A DNA stretch of 64,000 nucleotides from an uncultured Chthonomonadaceae bacterium (GTDB taxonomy: Bacteria > Armatimonadota > Chthonomonadetes > Chthonomonadales > Chthonomonadaceae), in assembly GCA_963835065.1 (NCBI GenBank), contig CAWIEK010000002.1:160001-224000 (forward strand), given 5' to 3'. Below the pieces are notes generated by a model that was not told the origin of the DNA, did not search any database, and worked only from the letters and a program-made list of their open reading frames with translations. This document shows, in pieces, positions 61,009-64,000 of the stretch. The position numbers and the translations under genes are program-made. Numbering within the stretch: the first letter of the stretch is position 1; the number at the start of each line of letters is the position of its first letter.

Positions 61009-62583
61009 ATGAAAACGATGTTATCCTCCATCTTGCCGCGTGGCCTCCGCCTGCTGGTTTGCGGCACGATGCTTACGACGATGCTTACGGGAATGGCAGG
61101 CGGCACAATCGGGCAGACAGCACCTGCCACGCAGCCACCAGCCGCCGGAAAGGAAACCGCGATGCCGATTGGCCTCTTTGAAAACCAACAGGATATTGGA
61201 ACCCTGCTGCATCCGGGCAGTGGAGCCTTCGATGCGCAAGCGGGCGCGTATACGGTGGCGGGCAGCGGCGAGAATATGTGGGCGACGCAGGACGCCTTTC
61301 ACTTTGTCTGGAAAAAGGCTTCGGGCGATCTTGCGCTTTCCGCGGACGTTGCCTTTGTCGGCGCAGGAACGGAACCCCACCGCAAAGCCTGCCTGATGAT
61401 CCGTCAGAGCCTGGATGCGGATTCCGCCTATGTGGATGTGGCGTTGCATGGTGACGGCCTGACTTCGCTTCAATTCCGCGAAACGCAAGGCAGCGCCACG
61501 CATGAAGTGCAGGCCAATGTTTCTCATCCGCGCCATCTGCGCCTGGAAAAACGGGGCAAATATCTCCGAATGTACCTGTCCGACGACAAGGAGAAACCAC
61601 ATTTTTCCGGCGCGGCAGTGCCGCTGGAGTTTACTGAGCCGTTTTATGTCGGGCTGGCCGTATGCGCCCACAACAAGGACGTGACCGAACAGGCCGTTTT
61701 CTCCAAAGTGGAACTGAACGCCAATTTGCCGGTTGCGGCAGCACAACCGACACTGTACAGCACACTGGAAACGCAGACGATTGCCTCTACGGATCGCCGG
61801 GTCGCGTATGTCGCGCCCGCGCATTTCGAAGCGCCCAACTGGCTGGCGGACGGCAAAACGCTGCTTTACAACAGCGGCGGCCACCTGTACCGCCTGCCCG
61901 TGAAAGAAGGGACGCCGGAAGCGATTGATACCGGGTTCGCCATAAAATGCAACAACGACCATGGCGTTTCTCCCGATGGCAAGCTGCTGGCAATCAGCGA
62001 TCAGTCGCAGCCTCCCGGACACTCGCTCATCTACACGCTGCCCGTGAGTGGCGGAACGCCGCATCGCGTCACCACGTCCGGCCCTTCCTACTGGCATGGC
62101 TGGTCGCCGGATAGCAAAACACTGGCCTTTTGCGGACAGCGAGAGGGGAAATTCGGCATCTTCACCATACCGGCAGAAGGAGGGCAGGAGACGCGCCTGA
62201 CGACTGCGCAGGGACTGGATGACGGCCCGGAATACTCCCCGGACGGCAAGACCATCTATTTCAATTCCGACCGGTCAGGCCGGATGCAGATATGGCGGAT
62301 GCGCTCGGACGGGGGTGAACCGGAGCGGGTTACGGAAGAGGAGTCAAATGACTGGTTCCCCCATCTCTCGCCCGACGGAAAGTATATGGTCTTCCTGTCG
62401 TATGAAAAGGATGTCAGCGGCCATCCGGCCAACAAAGAAGTCACGCTGCGCCTGATGACTCTTGCTACCAAAAAGATAACCACGCTTGCCAGATTCTTCG
62501 GCGGCCAGGGAACCATCAACGTCCCCTGCTGGTCGCCGGACAGCAAACAGATCGCATTCGTGACCTACCAGTTGATCCTATAA
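61009..62583 (+). CDS. secreted TolB-like beta-propeller (PD40 repeats) protein
   Basis: repeated SPDGK/WSPD motifs, NNDHG, DDGPEY. Confidence 0.9.
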   Translation: MKTMLSSILPRGLRLLVCGTMLTTMLTGMAGGTIGQTAPATQPPAAGKETAMPIGLFENQQDIGTLLHPGSGAFDAQAGAYTVAGSGENMWATQDAFHFVWKKASGDLALSADVAFVGAGTEPHRKACLMIRQSLDADSAYVDVALHGDGLTSLQFRETQGSATHEVQANVSHPRHLRLEKRGKYLRMYLSDDKEKPHFSGAAVPLEFTEPFYVGLAVCAHNKDVTEQAVFSKVELNANLPVAAAQPTLYSTLETQTIASTDRRVAYVAPAHFEAPNWLADGKTLLYNSGGHLYRLPVKEGTPEAIDTGFAIKCNNDHGVSPDGKLLAISDQSQPPGHSLIYTLPVSGGTPHRVTTSGPSYWHGWSPDSKTLAFCGQREGKFGIFTIPAEGGQETRLTTAQGLDDGPEYSPDGKTIYFNSDRSGRMQIWRMRSDGGEPERVTEEESNDWFPHLSPDGKYMVFLSYEKDVSGHPANKEVTLRLMTLATKKITTLARFFGGQGTINVPCWSPDSKQIAFVTYQLIL

Positions 62584-62592
62584 AAGCCCATT

Positions 62593-62686
62593 AGAGCCTA
62601 TCCCAATAGGCCGGGTATTGAAAATACCCGGCAGGAAAGTGCAAGCGTCTTTCAGACGCGAATTCGCGCCTATCGGGATAGGCTCT
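62593..62686. repeat. short inverted-repeat element with internal hairpins
   Basis: agagcctatcccaatagg / cctatcgggataggctct termini; internal ccgggtattgaaaatacccgg. Confidence 0.75.
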
Positions 62687-62722
62687 TAACACAAGACTCC
62701 ACAAAGACGTGTCACAGCGACT

Positions 62723-63580
62723 ATGGAGCAGGAGGCAGAGAGTATGGCGCAACGGCATATCTTGTGCATCGGGGCGCACCCGGATGACAATGAGTTCAGC
62801 GTGGGAGGAACGGCGGCAAAATGCCGGCTGCGGGGAGATGTGGTACGCTTCGTTTCCGTCACCAACGGCAACAAGGGCCACTTTGCGCAGGAGTACATCG
62901 CTGATCCCACCGCTCTGGCGCAGCGGCGTTTGATTGAAGCGCAGAATGCGGCGGCTGTGATTGGGGCAGACTACCAGACACTAAATGTTCCCGATGGCGA
63001 AGTGTATGTCACGCAAGCCCTTACGGAAGCGCTTGTCCGGTGTATTCGGACGTTTGGCGAACCGGGTCAGGGGCCGGATTTGGTGCTGTTCAATCGGCCT
63101 CTGGACTACCACCGCGACCACCGTTATACCGCCCAGGCGATTCTGGACGCCACCTACATGCTGACCGTTCCCATGATGTGCCCGGATGCGCCCTTTCTGG
63201 AGCGTATGCCCGTCTTTGCCTACTGGTATGACGATTTCCGCGATACGGTTCCCTTCCGCGCCGACATCGCCGTTCCCATTGACGACGTGATGGAGCAGAA
63301 AACGGATATGATGGCGGCACACGTCTCGCAGGTGTTCGAGTGGCTGCCTTATAATGCCGGGCGATTGGAGCAGACGCCGCCCGTCAGCGAGGCAGCCGCC
63401 CGCCGTGAGATGATTGCCGGGCAGGCGCGGGCGCGTGGGGAACATCGCCGGGAAGCCACGCGCGAGACATTGGAGAAATGGTTTGGCTCCCGCTCTGTAC
63501 GCTACGCGGAAGCGTTCCAGATTTGCGAGTACGGGCGTGTTCCTGATGCCGAGGAACTCCGTTCTTTATTCCCGATATAG
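62723..63580 (+). CDS. PIG-L family deacetylase
   Basis: GAHPDD, TNGNKG, YHRDH; start may be 62744. Confidence 0.93.
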   Translation: MEQEAESMAQRHILCIGAHPDDNEFSVGGTAAKCRLRGDVVRFVSVTNGNKGHFAQEYIADPTALAQRRLIEAQNAAAVIGADYQTLNVPDGEVYVTQALTEALVRCIRTFGEPGQGPDLVLFNRPLDYHRDHRYTAQAILDATYMLTVPMMCPDAPFLERMPVFAYWYDDFRDTVPFRADIAVPIDDVMEQKTDMMAAHVSQVFEWLPYNAGRLEQTPPVSEAAARREMIAGQARARGEHRREATRETLEKWFGSRSVRYAEAFQICEYGRVPDAEELRSLFPI

Positions 63581-63599
63581 AGGTGTCCGGCAGGCGCTG

Positions 63600-64000
63600 T
63601 CAGCGGATAACGAACCAGGTGGAACTCTGTGGCTTTATGGTGACGGCAATTTGGACATTGCCGCGCCCATCCAGCGAATACGCCTTTTCGGTTCCGTCTT
63701 CCTGACGGATGTGCGCCTGCGATTGCAGCCCTGTGTAGTAGAGGGGCAGTTCTATTTTGCGCGCGTGATCGTCTTCGGCGTCGGATTGTAGAAGACTGCC
63801 AGTCCCTTCTCCGGCAGGTTCGGATTCACGTGGAGAATGCCGTCTATATCCCGCGCATCCGCCCGCCGCAGATGAAGGATGTCGCTTTCCAGAATCGCGC
63901 GGTGCTGTTTGAACCACCCGACCCACTGTTGTACCAACGCCTTTGTTTGGGGCGTGTCGTAAAGCCGGGGGCCGCGATAGCAGGCTTGAACGCCGTAACC
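63600..64000 (-). CDS. 3' end of a probable glycoside hydrolase (alpha-galactosidase-like), partial, frameshift near 63757
   Basis: GVQACYRGPRLYDT...ILESDILHLRRAD...FYNP continuing in another frame as IELPLYYTGL. Confidence 0.65.
   Translation of the reverse strand, partial: LRRSSLLSRPPALRHAPNKGVGTTVGRVVQTAPRDSGKRHPSSAAGGCAGYRRHSPRESEPAGEGTGSLLQSDAEDDHARKIELPLYYTGLQSQAHIRQEDGTEKAYSLDGRGNVQIAVTIKPQSSTWFVIR

Noticed and set aside
1..64000. CRISPR array, rRNA, tRNA
   Set aside because: No 25-45-bp repeats with regular unique spacers, no cas genes, no cloverleaf or rRNA signatures seen; the short arrays are contiguous 7/8-mers.

Overview
GC-rich bacterial chromosomal window. Two prepilin-like DUF1559/H-X9-DG genes, a DUF1592/DUF1552 pair and many glycosidases suggest Armatimonadota or a PVC-like lineage (inference). 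It carries housekeeping genes (gdh, uvrB, M29 aminopeptidase, pnuC, a DprE1/DprE2-like pair, trkA x2), a polyphosphate cluster (2x CHAD, HhH protein, split Ppx/GppA + HD) and carbohydrate-utilisation genes. I saw no rRNA, tRNA or CRISPR array. Most unusual: (1) a tandem array of three paralogous GNAT-like + small downstream partner gene pairs at 28.4-31.4 kb, with immunity-like cargo in between, a candidate new toxin-antitoxin or conflict module; (2) a ~270-bp element present twice in inverted orientation (35.0-35.3 and 44.6-44.9 kb), made of an ECF-like promoter, a strong RBS, an 8-aa ORF ending RSP-UGA and a highly conserved non-coding 3' part; (3) more than 20 short 7/8-mer tandem arrays of many different motifs whose paired blocks share one polarity rule and which invade coding sequences; (4) a partly AT-rich defence-like island (DUF3883 nuclease, a probably fused PNP-domain gene, HigBA). 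About a dozen small indels, many in G/C runs and one in uvrB, suggest assembly errors, so frameshift-based pseudogene calls are tentative. Family assignments come from motif recognition only; no searches were run.
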